Positions 8,481-18,196 of a stretch of DNA of 64,000 bases are shown piece by piece. Each line of letters begins with the position of its first letter. Positions within the stretch are counted from its first letter, which is position 1. Source of the stretch: an archaeon (GTDB taxonomy: Archaea; Thermoplasmatota; Thermoplasmata; WALJ01); assembly GCA_024278375.1 (NCBI GenBank), contig JAJRTH010000092.1, positions 6,193-70,192 of the forward strand, given 5' to 3'. The notes under the pieces were generated by a model that saw only the letters and a program-made list of their open reading frames with translations, searched no databases and was not told the origin of the DNA. Made by a program: the position numbers and the translations under genes.

Positions 8481-11108
8481 ATGTCAGAGTATCAGCGCTC
8501 CTCGGTGGAAAAGAAATGGCAGGATGCATGGGAAGAGTGGGAACTTTACCGCTTCGAACCGAACTCAAAGGCAGAAGCATATACGATAGACAACCCTCCC
8601 AGATATGCCTCCGGTGCCCTTCACATAGGCCATGCGGTCCATTACACCCACATAGACTTCGCTGCCCGCTATAAGAGGATGAGAGGCTACAATGTCATGT
8701 TTCCCCTTTGCTTCGATGTGAACGGCATGCCGATAGAGGTGAATGTCGAGAAGAGCTACGGTATAAAGATGCGCGATACCGATAGACATGAGTTCATAAA
8801 GCTGTGCAGGGAATTCGCCAATGCGAACATAGGGGAGATGAAGAGACAGTTCAAGATACTCGGACATTCGATGGACCCCAGTGTCTATTATCAGACGGAT
8901 GCGGACTATTACCGCAGGATAACTCAGCTCACATTCCTCGATATGTACAGGAAAGGCTATGTTTACAAGGGCGAGAGCCCGATAAACTGGTGTCCCAGAT
9001 GTGGCACCGCCCTTGCGGACGCGGAGGTGGAATACAGGGAAAGGAAGACCACACTCAATTACATAAAGTTCAGGGAAAGCGATACAGGAAGAGATGTAAT
9101 CATCGCCACAACCAGACCGGAGCTCCTCTGTGCGTGCAAACTCATAGCTGTGCATCCCGGAGACGAGAGATATGCGGAACTCGTCGGAAAAAGGCTCAAG
9201 ACACCGATTTACGATGTTGAGGTCGAGGTTGTTGCCGACGAGAAAGTCGATCCGGAATTCGGAACAGGGGTGGTGATGATATGCACGATAGGAGATAAGG
9301 ACGATCTGGAGTGGATATTCAGATACGGTCTTAAAATAGAGAAGAGCATCGACGAGCACGGAAGGATGACTGATATTGCCGGAAAATATGCAGGTATGGA
9401 TGCGGTCGAGGCGAGAAAGGCCATAATCGATGACATGAGGGATGCGGGCCTGCTTGTAGAGCAGCAAGAGCTGGAGCAGACTGTGGGGACGTGTTGGCGC
9501 TGCCACACACCCCTTGAATTCCTCCAGGTTCCCCAGTGGTTCTTCAATATACTGGACCACAAGGAGGAGATATTGAAGGCGGCGGAGGATATAGAATGGT
9601 TCCCGGATTTCATGAAGGTGAGGCTCAGGGACTGGGTCAACTCCCTGAACAGAGACTGGGTGATATCTAGACAGAGGTACTTCGCAACGCCTATACCGCT
9701 GTGGGAGTGCAGGGAATGCGGCAATGTCGTCCCGGCGGAAGAAGAGCAGTGTTATGTCGACCCGACAATAGATAAGCCACCTGCGGAGAACTGCCCGAAC
9801 TGTGGCGGCAAACTCAAAGGTTGCGAGGAGGTCTTCGATACCTGGGTAGATTCCTCGATAACTGCACTCTACAACACCTTCTGGGGCAGGGACGAGGAGA
9901 TGTTCAAAAAGCTGTATCCGATGAGTCTTAGGCCACAGAGCCACGATATCATAAGGACATGGGCATTCTATTCGATATATAGGGGGCTTTCCGTGACTGG
10001 GAAACGGCCCTGGAAGAACATAATGATAGGCGGTTTCATACTGGCCGAAGACGGAAGACCGATGCATGCCTCATGGGGAAATGCGGTGGACCCCCTCAAG
10101 ATACTGGAAGAGTATGGTGCCGATGCGCTCCGATACTTTGCGGCGAAATGCGCTCTCGGAATCGACGCTCCTTTCAGGTCGAAGGATGTGAAGCATGCGG
10201 TGAAGTTCGAGAACAAGATATGGAACATCTATGAACTCATAGGAAGATGGGGCGGCGAAGGAAAGGGCGAAGACCTCAGGTTAATAGACAGGTGGATAAT
10301 AAGCAGGTACAGCAGGGTTGTGAAAAAGGTCACGGAGCACATGGACAGATTCGAGTACGATAAGGCAATGGCACTGGTGGAGAACTTTCTGTGGCACGAG
10401 TTTGCGGACCACTACCTTGAGATGATAAAAGGAAGGGATGATGAGGGCGTGAGGTACGCACTTCACAACATCGGCCTAGGAGCACTCAAGATGCTAGCGG
10501 TCTTCATGCCCCACATAACAGAAGAGATTTATCAGAAACTATACAGGGATATCGAGGGAGAAAAAAGCATACACATATCCAGATGGCCTGAACCTCTGTT
10601 CGTGAATGAGGCGGATGAGAAGGGCGGAGAGACGGTGAAGGAGATAATAGGTACGATAAGAAGGTGGAAGGCTGGCCACGGAATGCCGCTCAATGCGGAG
10701 ATAGGTGAGATAACCATAGTCGCACCGGAAGCGGAGAATGCGATAATAGAGGCGCACGAGGACATACTCAGGACCGTGAAGGGAAGCGACATAGTTCTGA
10801 TAAAAGAAGAGGACATAGAAAGGTTGCCCGAGAGTGTGATTCCGAACTACAGGAAGATAGGGCCGGAACTCAAGGGAGACGCGAAAACCGTTATAAAGAG
10901 ACTGGAAGAGATGGGACCCGAAAAGGTAGCGGAACTACTCCGGAACGGAGGAGTTCGGATGGAGATTGAGGGCAGGGTCCATCTCCTGACAGGGGAGCAC
11001 GTTTCCGTGGATTACTCTCTCAAGGTAGAGGGCATAGAGATGGACATGACCGAATTGAAGACCGAACTCGGAAAGGTGCTTTTACTCCTTAAAAAGGAGC
11101 GGACATGA
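8481..11108 (+). CDS. valS: Valine--tRNA ligase (archaeal type)
   Basis: DNPPRY.SGALHIGH, WCPRCGTALA, ATTRPEL, DWVISRQR, DTW.DS, DIIRTW; the KMSKS position reads PMHAS. Start could also be 8454. Confidence 0.95.
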   Translation: MSEYQRSSVEKKWQDAWEEWELYRFEPNSKAEAYTIDNPPRYASGALHIGHAVHYTHIDFAARYKRMRGYNVMFPLCFDVNGMPIEVNVEKSYGIKMRDTDRHEFIKLCREFANANIGEMKRQFKILGHSMDPSVYYQTDADYYRRITQLTFLDMYRKGYVYKGESPINWCPRCGTALADAEVEYRERKTTLNYIKFRESDTGRDVIIATTRPELLCACKLIAVHPGDERYAELVGKRLKTPIYDVEVEVVADEKVDPEFGTGVVMICTIGDKDDLEWIFRYGLKIEKSIDEHGRMTDIAGKYAGMDAVEARKAIIDDMRDAGLLVEQQELEQTVGTCWRCHTPLEFLQVPQWFFNILDHKEEILKAAEDIEWFPDFMKVRLRDWVNSLNRDWVISRQRYFATPIPLWECRECGNVVPAEEEQCYVDPTIDKPPAENCPNCGGKLKGCEEVFDTWVDSSITALYNTFWGRDEEMFKKLYPMSLRPQSHDIIRTWAFYSIYRGLSVTGKRPWKNIMIGGFILAEDGRPMHASWGNAVDPLKILEEYGADALRYFAAKCALGIDAPFRSKDVKHAVKFENKIWNIYELIGRWGGEGKGEDLRLIDRWIISRYSRVVKKVTEHMDRFEYDKAMALVENFLWHEFADHYLEMIKGRDDEGVRYALHNIGLGALKMLAVFMPHITEEIYQKLYRDIEGEKSIHISRWPEPLFVNEADEKGGETVKEIIGTIRRWKAGHGMPLNAEIGEITIVAPEAENAIIEAHEDILRTVKGSDIVLIKEEDIERLPESVIPNYRKIGPELKGDAKTVIKRLEEMGPEKVAELLRNGGVRMEIEGRVHLLTGEHVSVDYSLKVEGIEMDMTELKTELGKVLLLLKKERT

Positions 11109-12118
11109 ACAGGTTGAGCAAATTCCTGATAATCTCCGTCGCCATAAGCATCGGGGCGATACTGACCATTTTGGTCCTGACCACAGACGTAGATTCCGTG
11201 AAATACATCTCTCACGCCTCCCCATTCTTCGTACTCCTTGCCTTTTTGGCGCATTTCCTGTCCATACTAACCATTTCTCTCAAACTGAAACTGCTGGCGA
11301 GATCGATAGGCTACAGAATAGGCATGAAAAAGGCCGTGGAAATAACCCTTGCAAGTGGATTTCTGGCAGCCATAACTCCGTCTCAGATGGGGGGGGAACC
11401 TCTTAGAATAAAGATGCTTGCCGATGATGTGGGCGGAGGAAACGCCACCGCTCTGGTCTTTGCAGAAAGAATAATGGATGTCATCTTTTTCATCACCGCC
11501 GCACCTGCCATATTCATTCTGTTCGGCGGCATGGTTATGATCGGTGACCCGCGTCTTTACATAGCCGGAGGTGCTCTCTTCGTCTTCCTGATATGGCTTG
11601 TCATCTGGATGGGAGTGATACGGCCGCAGATACTTAAAAGGCTTGCGAGACGGCTCCTGATGAGATTGAGCAGCAAAGAGAGAGGGAAGGTGGATAGAGT
11701 TCTAAGGAAGATAGAGAAGGAGATAGATAATTTCAGTTCCGGGTTCAAGACCTTAGTGAAGAAGAAGGCATACTTCACGGCCGGAATATTTCTCACGGCC
11801 CTTCTGTGGATATTCGATTTCGCAGTACCGTGCCTCCTGATGATGGCTTTCGGAATACAACCGGCATGGATGTACGCCATCTTCGCGCAGATTCTCATAA
11901 CACTGATAGCGCTCATACCTCTGACTCCGGGAGCCTCCGGCGTCTATGAGGTGAGCGCTCTGGCATTCTTCACCCGTCTGGTGCCTCTTTCCATAATAGG
12001 GATATTCATATTTCTATGGAGACTTTCAACATATTATTTTAACCTCGTTGTCGGAGGAATAGTCTCCATAAACGTGATAAAGAAGTACGGAAGTGAGGAA
12101 AATGGAGATAGAGATTAA
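11105..12118 (+). CDS. Lysylphosphatidylglycerol synthase TM / flippase-like membrane protein (UPF0104)
   Basis: ITPSQMGGEP, AERIMD, PLTPGASGVYE, LWRL..YY. Confidence 0.85.
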   Translation: MNRLSKFLIISVAISIGAILTILVLTTDVDSVKYISHASPFFVLLAFLAHFLSILTISLKLKLLARSIGYRIGMKKAVEITLASGFLAAITPSQMGGEPLRIKMLADDVGGGNATALVFAERIMDVIFFITAAPAIFILFGGMVMIGDPRLYIAGGALFVFLIWLVIWMGVIRPQILKRLARRLLMRLSSKERGKVDRVLRKIEKEIDNFSSGFKTLVKKKAYFTAGIFLTALLWIFDFAVPCLLMMAFGIQPAWMYAIFAQILITLIALIPLTPGASGVYEVSALAFFTRLVPLSIIGIFIFLWRLSTYYFNLVVGGIVSINVIKKYGSEENGDRD

Positions 12119-12620
12119 GGCACGCGCACCAATTGGCATAAGAGAAACTCTTAGAAACCTCGGTGCGGCACCTTCGGTGAAAGTCATCCAAAGGGATGTG
12201 TATTTCAATCACCCGCAGAGGGATTTCGAGGAGACGGACGAGGCATTGAGGATAAGATATGAGGATGGGAGGACATTTATGACATACAAAGGGCCCAAGG
12301 TAGATAAGAAGACAAAGACCAGGGAGGAGATAGAGTTCTCGATAGATGACGGCAGAAAAGCGGAATCGATGCTCGAAAAACTCGGGTTCAGGAGATCGGT
12401 AGAGGTATCTAAGAGGAGGGAAACTTACATTCTCGAAGGAATCCGAATATGCCTGGATGATGTCGAAAAACTCGGATTTTTTGTGGAAATAGAAACGGAG
12501 GGGTATGACACGGAAGAGAACAGGAAAAAACTTTTCGAGATCGGAGATAGGCTTGGCCTGAAAAATTATATAAGAAAATCATATCTAGAAATGATACTAA
12601 AAAATGAAAAAGATTTGTGA
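12102..12620 (+). CDS. cyaB: CYTH-domain protein (class IV adenylate cyclase CyaB-like)
   Basis: EIEIK, DVYF, ALRIR, TYKGPK, REEIE, KRRE, LD.V..LG.FVEIE, SYLE. Confidence 0.88.
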   Translation: MEIEIKARAPIGIRETLRNLGAAPSVKVIQRDVYFNHPQRDFEETDEALRIRYEDGRTFMTYKGPKVDKKTKTREEIEFSIDDGRKAESMLEKLGFRRSVEVSKRRETYILEGIRICLDDVEKLGFFVEIETEGYDTEENRKKLFEIGDRLGLKNYIRKSYLEMILKNEKDL

Positions 12621-12632
12621 CCGTTCGCTCCA

Positions 12633-12812
12633 TTACTTGGATATCGATCCGGTCGGACAGCTGCTTATGGCTTCGTCCACACAGGGAGCGTTCTCGTCCG
12701 CGCCGTCCTTGACATGGGCTTTCATATCCGCCCCTATCTCGAAGACATCGGGGCAGAGCGACTGGCATACGCCGCATCCTATGCAGCTCTCTTCATCCAC
12801 TTTTATCGGCAT
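12633..12812 (-). CDS. fdx: Monocluster [4Fe-4S] ferredoxin, 59 aa (absent from the ORF track)
   Basis: Hand translation: MPIKVDEESCIGCGVCQSLCPDVFEIGADMKAHVKDGADENAPCVDEAISSCPTGSISK*. CxxCxxCxxxCP plus distal CP; SD GGAGG upstream. Confidence 0.93.
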   Translation of the reverse strand: MPIKVDEESCIGCGVCQSLCPDVFEIGADMKAHVKDGADENAPCVDEAISSCPTGSISK

Positions 12813-12893
12813 TTTTTAACCTCCTTTGGTTGGGTGGGAAAAATGGAGGGGATATTTCTACTTTTCCCCATACCTTCAGTCCACGGTCCAAGA

Positions 12894-13733
12894 CTACACA
12901 TCGATTCTGTATGCCTGTATTCCGTATCCTTCCTCATCATATATGGCCACGAGTATGGCCATGTTGTCCGGATTCGCAACATCCCCGGTCCAGACCCCCT
13001 CCCGGAAATACGAATTCGAGGCGGATACCGAAAACTCCTCTATCACGGCATATCCGACGAAGGCGTTAGGAATGGGCTCACCTCGGACATTGAGATATCT
13101 GGATGCTTTCTCTATAACGAAGGCCCTTATCTGTCCGGAAAACGTCCCGGAATTAACGGAAAGCCTTATCAAGAATGATATTCCGGAATCGGTGAGATAC
13201 GCTCTGCCTCCGACGATTACCTCCGGGACACCCACATTTTTACAGTATTCGATGTCTTTGACATACGATGCTGAATCCACCGCACCAAGTTCACCGACCC
13301 TTCCTCCATCGAATTCGGTATCCGGTGTTCCTTGGCGCTTGGATATCTCATTGTATCTGGCATAAGCCTCTTCGTTCGCATCGGCAACGAAGGTAACGAA
13401 GTGAAAATCGTCTCTCTCAGACTCTATGGCTGCCAGATCATCCTCGGCCTTGACGCAGTACGGACAGGTGGTTGTTACGAAGAGTTCTCCGATCACATTC
13501 CGGTATCGCGTAGTCGGTACCTCTACCAGAGCACCTCCCGACTCTCCGTTCCCGGAACTATCGAGTATGCCTCCGCCACCCCTACCGGCGAGCCAGTATG
13601 CGGATGTGACTCCAACTCCGGAGAGTATGAGAACGAGAACCAGGAAGACAGCCGTGTTTTTTCTATTTCTTTCGCTGTTAGTGTTCTTGACATCGAAATC
13701 TGTCGTTTGTTTTCTTCTTTTTGACATTGTCAC
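12894..13733 (-). CDS. Membrane-anchored extracellular thioredoxin-like (CxxC) protein, Omp28-like
   Basis: Basic N-terminus and one TM helix, Gly linker, ELFVTTTCPYC, GTP..FDG, C-terminal beta-sandwich. Confidence 0.7.
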   Translation of the reverse strand: MTMSKRRKQTTDFDVKNTNSERNRKNTAVFLVLVLILSGVGVTSAYWLAGRGGGGILDSSGNGESGGALVEVPTTRYRNVIGELFVTTTCPYCVKAEDDLAAIESERDDFHFVTFVADANEEAYARYNEISKRQGTPDTEFDGGRVGELGAVDSASYVKDIEYCKNVGVPEVIVGGRAYLTDSGISFLIRLSVNSGTFSGQIRAFVIEKASRYLNVRGEPIPNAFVGYAVIEEFSVSASNSYFREGVWTGDVANPDNMAILVAIYDEEGYGIQAYRIDV

Positions 13734-13904
13734 ACCATTGTCTGACTGAAAAAGGAAACCCGGAGTAAATAAAGATATCGGATAAATCTGTGATTTTTAT
13801 AATCGGATGCAAAGAATATATTTTTGCAATAAAAACCTATTTATACTATGATATCTCATGCAATATTGCCTTTTGTAGGCAAAAAGAAAAAAGGAGAAAC
13901 AGAC

Positions 13905-14339
13905 ATGGAAGAACCAGTAGAAGTAAAAGTGAGCGACCTGACACCCAATCACAACAGGATAAACCTGAAGGTGAAGGTCGTCAAGATAGGCGAGACGAAA
14001 GAGATACCCTCGAGATACGGGCCACCGAAAAAGGTTACGGAGGCCGTCGTTGGGGACGATACCGGAGTGGTCACAATGTCCCTCTGGGAGGACCAGATAA
14101 ACGATATAAATGAGGGAGATACCCTGTTCGTAAGTAACGGATACATCTCTCTCGTGCAGGGACACATGAGACTGAATGTTGGAAAGTACGGCTCGAAAGA
14201 GGTCATCGACGAGGATGTCGGTGAGGTGAACGAAAGCCTCGATATGAGCGAGAAAGAGTATGAGTACAACGAGTACCGGAGAAAAAGGAACAATTTCGGT
14301 GGAAGAGGCGGAAGCGGATACAACAGAAACAGATACTGA
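13905..14339 (+). CDS. ssb: Single-stranded DNA-binding protein (single OB fold, Gly/Arg-rich tail)
   Basis: KVSDL, VKVVKIGE, VGDDTG...LW, NGY, LNVGKYG; SD AGGAG. Confidence 0.88.
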   Translation: MEEPVEVKVSDLTPNHNRINLKVKVVKIGETKEIPSRYGPPKKVTEAVVGDDTGVVTMSLWEDQINDINEGDTLFVSNGYISLVQGHMRLNVGKYGSKEVIDEDVGEVNESLDMSEKEYEYNEYRRKRNNFGGRGGSGYNRNRY

Positions 14340-14358
14340 ATAAATCTGTAAAAACCCA

Positions 14359-15866
14359 TTATCTTTCATTTTTCATTTCGTTCCGTCTCCTGACAGAGAC
14401 TATAAGCATGAGAACAAGCAATGTTGCGAAGATAATCGGAACCAAAAGACTCCCGAACTCAGGAACCGGAGTCGTAGCTGTGAATATCTCGGTTTTGGAG
14501 GTATTCATCTCCGTGTCTCGTGGGTTATTAATAAAGGTTAATCCTGTATAATTTACAGTTATGTTGTAAGGCGTATAGTAAATCTTTGTAGTGCTGTTCT
14601 GCCAGTACTCGGTTAATACTATCCATCTAACATAACCATCCAAATCGGTTGAGAAATTCTTGTCATAGGTTCCGTTCTCATTATCTTTAATTCTAACCTC
14701 TGCGGCAGGAATCGGTGTTCCTTCGGAATCTTCCACATAGACATGGAGATACCAGCGAACTGTTAAATTTCCATAGCTATCGATAGTTATCTTATTTATA
14801 TCAAAACTTGAATTTGTTACTACAAAATATGAGCCTGGACTCCCGACTATCGAAAAATCATATAAATTCATATTTCTTATTGTTGTATTATATATATATG
14901 TACCCTGTAGCTGAGCTAGAAATTCCAAAATTTCCACCATCCAATGTTACGTTTATCAATGTCGGAGTGGAATACAATGAATATATGGCATCCTCTGTGC
15001 TCCTTAGAACCACGGTATTTTTTATTAATGGAGCACTGTTGTATTCCACCTGAATTCCATCTGCCGTATTGCTCCCCCTCCCGGTATCTGTTATCATATT
15101 ATTGACTATAATAGGATTGCTAGGTCTAGCTGGAGAGTTCCCCCCCACCAGTAACCCATATACCATATGTACCACTGTATGTTATCCAGTTGTTCTCTAT
15201 GGTTCCATTTGACCAGTATCCGGCATAGATTCCAACATCATTCCAAGTTATCGTGTTGTTGGATACGGTGGCATCCGAGCCATAGAGAACGATGCCGTCG
15301 TTGTTGTAGGATATAAGGTTGTGGTCTATGGTAGCGTTGTCGGTTTCGATGTAAAGACCGTAATATGCGGGATTCGGTGCAGGCGGGTCTATCACCCATA
15401 CGCCGATGCCTCCACCGCATCTGTGCAATTCAGAGTTCCTCATCTCGAAGACAGAGCCATCCCTTGCCAGAAATATGAACCTGTAGGAGGTGTTGTTCGT
15501 GGTTATCACAGAGGCATCATAGCTTGTGGTATTGTCGTTATCCCAGTCCAGAATGTGCATCTCTCCTCCAGCCCAGACATCTATCTTCCATTTCTTATCT
15601 GATGAGCAGTTCAGCTTGAGGGTTACATTCCTTAAAATAAGATTTCCTCCAGACTTTATGGTTATGTTTCCATCCGCTATTATCGTGCAGTTCCTGTATT
15701 CTCTGGTATCCGTGACATTCCATGTACCCTGAAAATAGACCGTACCTCCCTCGGGTGGCTGTATCGGGTCGTTCTCAGCCTTGACATTCCCAGAGATGAG
15801 CAGAAACATAGCTATGAAGAGCAGAAACATGACGAGCATTCCCATGAACAACCTGAAGCTTTTCAT
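14359..15866 (-). pseudogene. Right-handed beta-helix (PbH1/NosD-like) surface protein with PEF-CTERM anchor, copy A; two frameshifts
   Basis: ORFs 15126-15890, 14888-15175 and 14359-14940 join into one protein if the C7 run (15140-15146) and the (AT)5 tract (14890-14899) are corrected. Signal peptide MKSFRLF...; C-terminus VPEF + TM + RRR. Confidence 0.8.
14461..14760. repeat. Direct repeat, about 300 bp, with its partner at about 16744-17040 (3' constant region of the two PEF-CTERM genes)
   Basis: Long blocks align by eye, e.g. aggaaccggagt.gtagctgtgaa, aatttacagttatgtt.taagg, tcggtgttccttc.gaatc. A second near-identical block of about 58 bp lies at 15241-15298 and 17524-17581. Confidence 0.85.
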
Positions 15867-15908
15867 ATCCTCATCCATACATACACACATGTTAGATAAG
15901 CATTTTCC

Positions 15909-16606
15909 TCATATGTTTCCGACATTCCTTAACTCGACATAGAGCATATTCTCCTTGCCTTCAAACGCCATGAACTTGGGAAAAATGTTCTCAGGATGCT
16001 TCAAATCCTTAGGATTCAGATTAGTATCCACCAGTTCTGGCAGTTCCAGAGGATATGCACCCATATCGCTCATTATTATCGGTGGAGATGTCTCATTCGT
16101 CTCATTGCTTTCGTTTCCAGAACTCACGGGCGGAATTCCGGAAAATTTGGGTCTCTCCGGTAAAGTTATCTTGTCATTCAGAGGTTTCATCGCTTCCTTT
16201 ATCCTATCTATGTCTGGCTTCTCAAAGTGGGCGGGTTTTGGCATCTCCCTCATCGGGTCGAGAGTGATGTTGAGCTCCTTAATCATCGGAAGTGAATCAA
16301 TTGTTATCTCCTTATGCACAAAGCATTTCCCATCTGTGAAATTCAGAGAGATAACATCACCTATAGATGTATTCTCTATTTCCAGATAGTATTTTCCATC
16401 CTCGAACTCAGATACCTTTCCCGTATTTGTGTTCATGTTCTCATAGCCAACGAGAAACCAGCTTGTTGGAACTCCAAATTCATCCTCCACTGTTCCGTAA
16501 ACAGTTAGCATATCGTTGCTTCCTGTCTCTGCTGCTCCCATCATTGGTATTAATGTAGATACAGCATAGTCAGGGCTATTAAGGCCGGTATGGCCTTTTT
16601 CATCAT
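15909..16606 (-). pseudogene. N-terminal remnant of a larger secreted protein
   Basis: Signal peptide MMKKAIPALIALTML is shifted by 1 nt near 16561 relative to ORF 15909-16544. The ORF ends abruptly at VELRNVGNI, which resembles the start of a CARDB-type Ig strand. Confidence 0.55.
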
Positions 16607-16641
16607 CCCGAAGGATGATTTTCCTTTATTCTCGTTTCCTT

Positions 16642-18125
16642 TCATTTTCTTTTCCTCCTTTTTTGTTTTATTTTGTTATTTTTCATAAATAAAATGATGA
16701 GAGTGATGGTGATTATTAAAGGAATAAATATCGAATCAAATTCAGGAACCGGAGTTGTAGCTGTGAAAACTTCGGTTTTGGAAACATTCATATCCGTGTC
16801 TCTCGGATTGTTGATAAAGGTTAAGTCTGAGTAATTTACAGTTATGTTATAAGGTGTGTAATAAATTATCGTATCGTTATTTCTCCAGTACTCTTTTATA
16901 ACTATCCATCTCACATAACCATTGGAATCCGTGGTGAAATTCTCGTCATAGGTTCCATTCTCGTTGTCTTTTACTCTCACATCAGCTGCCGGTATCGGTG
17001 TTCCTTCAGAATCCTCCACATAAACGTGGAGATACCAGCGGACTGTCAGGTTGCTGAAACTATTTGATATCCACACTCTGCTTTTATTGAATGTTGTATT
17101 TGCAACTATAAAGTATGAATCAGCTATTGAAAAAACAGTATTCACATTTGACATAGAAGTATTATATATATGTATTTTGTAGAAGAGCTCGCAATCCCAT
17201 AATTCGCCCCATCTATTGTAACATTTATTAGAGTTGGTGTAGAACCGTCAGAAGAATAAACGGCATCTTCCCCAGTGCTAAGAATCTCCGTGTTTTTGAT
17301 TATGGGATTGGATGCGTATGTAATATGGATTCCGTTTCCATATCCAACTCCCAAATCCTGTCCAGTATGAGCAATCACATTCCCAACTATCTTCGGGTTG
17401 CTCGGATGAGTGTTTACATTATCCCATCCATCTACCCATATTCCGTATTTGTAATTCCATGTTATCCAGTTATTTTCTATGGTTGCGTTGGACCACCATG
17501 TCGCCATTATTCCCGTGTCATCATTCCATGTTATCGTGTTGTTGGATACGGTGGCATCCGAGCCATAGAGGACGATGCCGTAAGCATTGCGAGAGATAAG
17601 ATTATGGTCGATTATAGCATTATCCGTCTGAATATACAACCCTGACCAAGACACTATTGCAGGAGTTATTCCGCACCTGTGCAGTTCGGAATTCCTCATC
17701 TCGAAATAGCTCCCATCATCCACCCAGAACAGATATGGATAATTTGAATCCGCAGCGGTCATGTTGCTCGCATCTCCTGTTGTCAGATTGTTATTGTCCA
17801 GATCGAGTATATACATAGAGGCTCCTGATTGAACCTCTATGATGTATTGACCTGCAGATGTGCAGTTCATTATCAGGGTTACATTCCTGAAAGTCAGGGT
17901 TGCATTATTGGAAACCGTTAGATTTCCACTCAAAATGATGGTCTCATTGCTTCTTATAGTATCGGTTGTTATGTCCCAGTCCCCGTTTATGTAGATTTTC
18001 GGCTGAGGATAGGTTATTGACCTCGTGCCCTCGGCATAAAAATTCTCTGATAATGAATTCATAGGTATGACTGCAAAAACCAGCAAGACGACGATTATTC
18101 CCATGATTTTTCCTAGCTTCTTCAT
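16642..18125 (-). pseudogene. Right-handed beta-helix surface protein with PEF-CTERM anchor, copy B; one frameshift
   Basis: ORFs 17142-18218 and 16642-17154 join if (AT)4 at 17164-17171 is corrected. Clear paralogue of copy A (FEMRNSELHRCG, GIVLYGSDATVSNNTITWND, LTVRWYLHVYVEDSEGTPIP, FTATTPVPEF). Confidence 0.8.
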
Positions 18126-18196
18126 ATCCTCATCCATACATATGCATGCCATGGATAAAGTTTTTGCCCGCAAAAAGGAAAAGGGTCTCGAAGAAC

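Noticed and set aside
8565..10067. Long antisense ORFs (e.g. 8565-10067, 25308-26153, 39220-40263, 50742-52049)
   Set aside because: They are shadows of well-supported genes on the opposite strand, with no recognisable motifs.
12604..12819. 71-aa plus-strand ORF from the track
   Set aside because: It is the antisense shadow of the real ferredoxin gene at 12633-12812 on the minus strand.
14359..18125. Diversity-generating retroelement (TR/VR pair)
   Set aside because: No reverse transcriptase, and differences between the repeats are not adenine-specific; this is ordinary paralogy.
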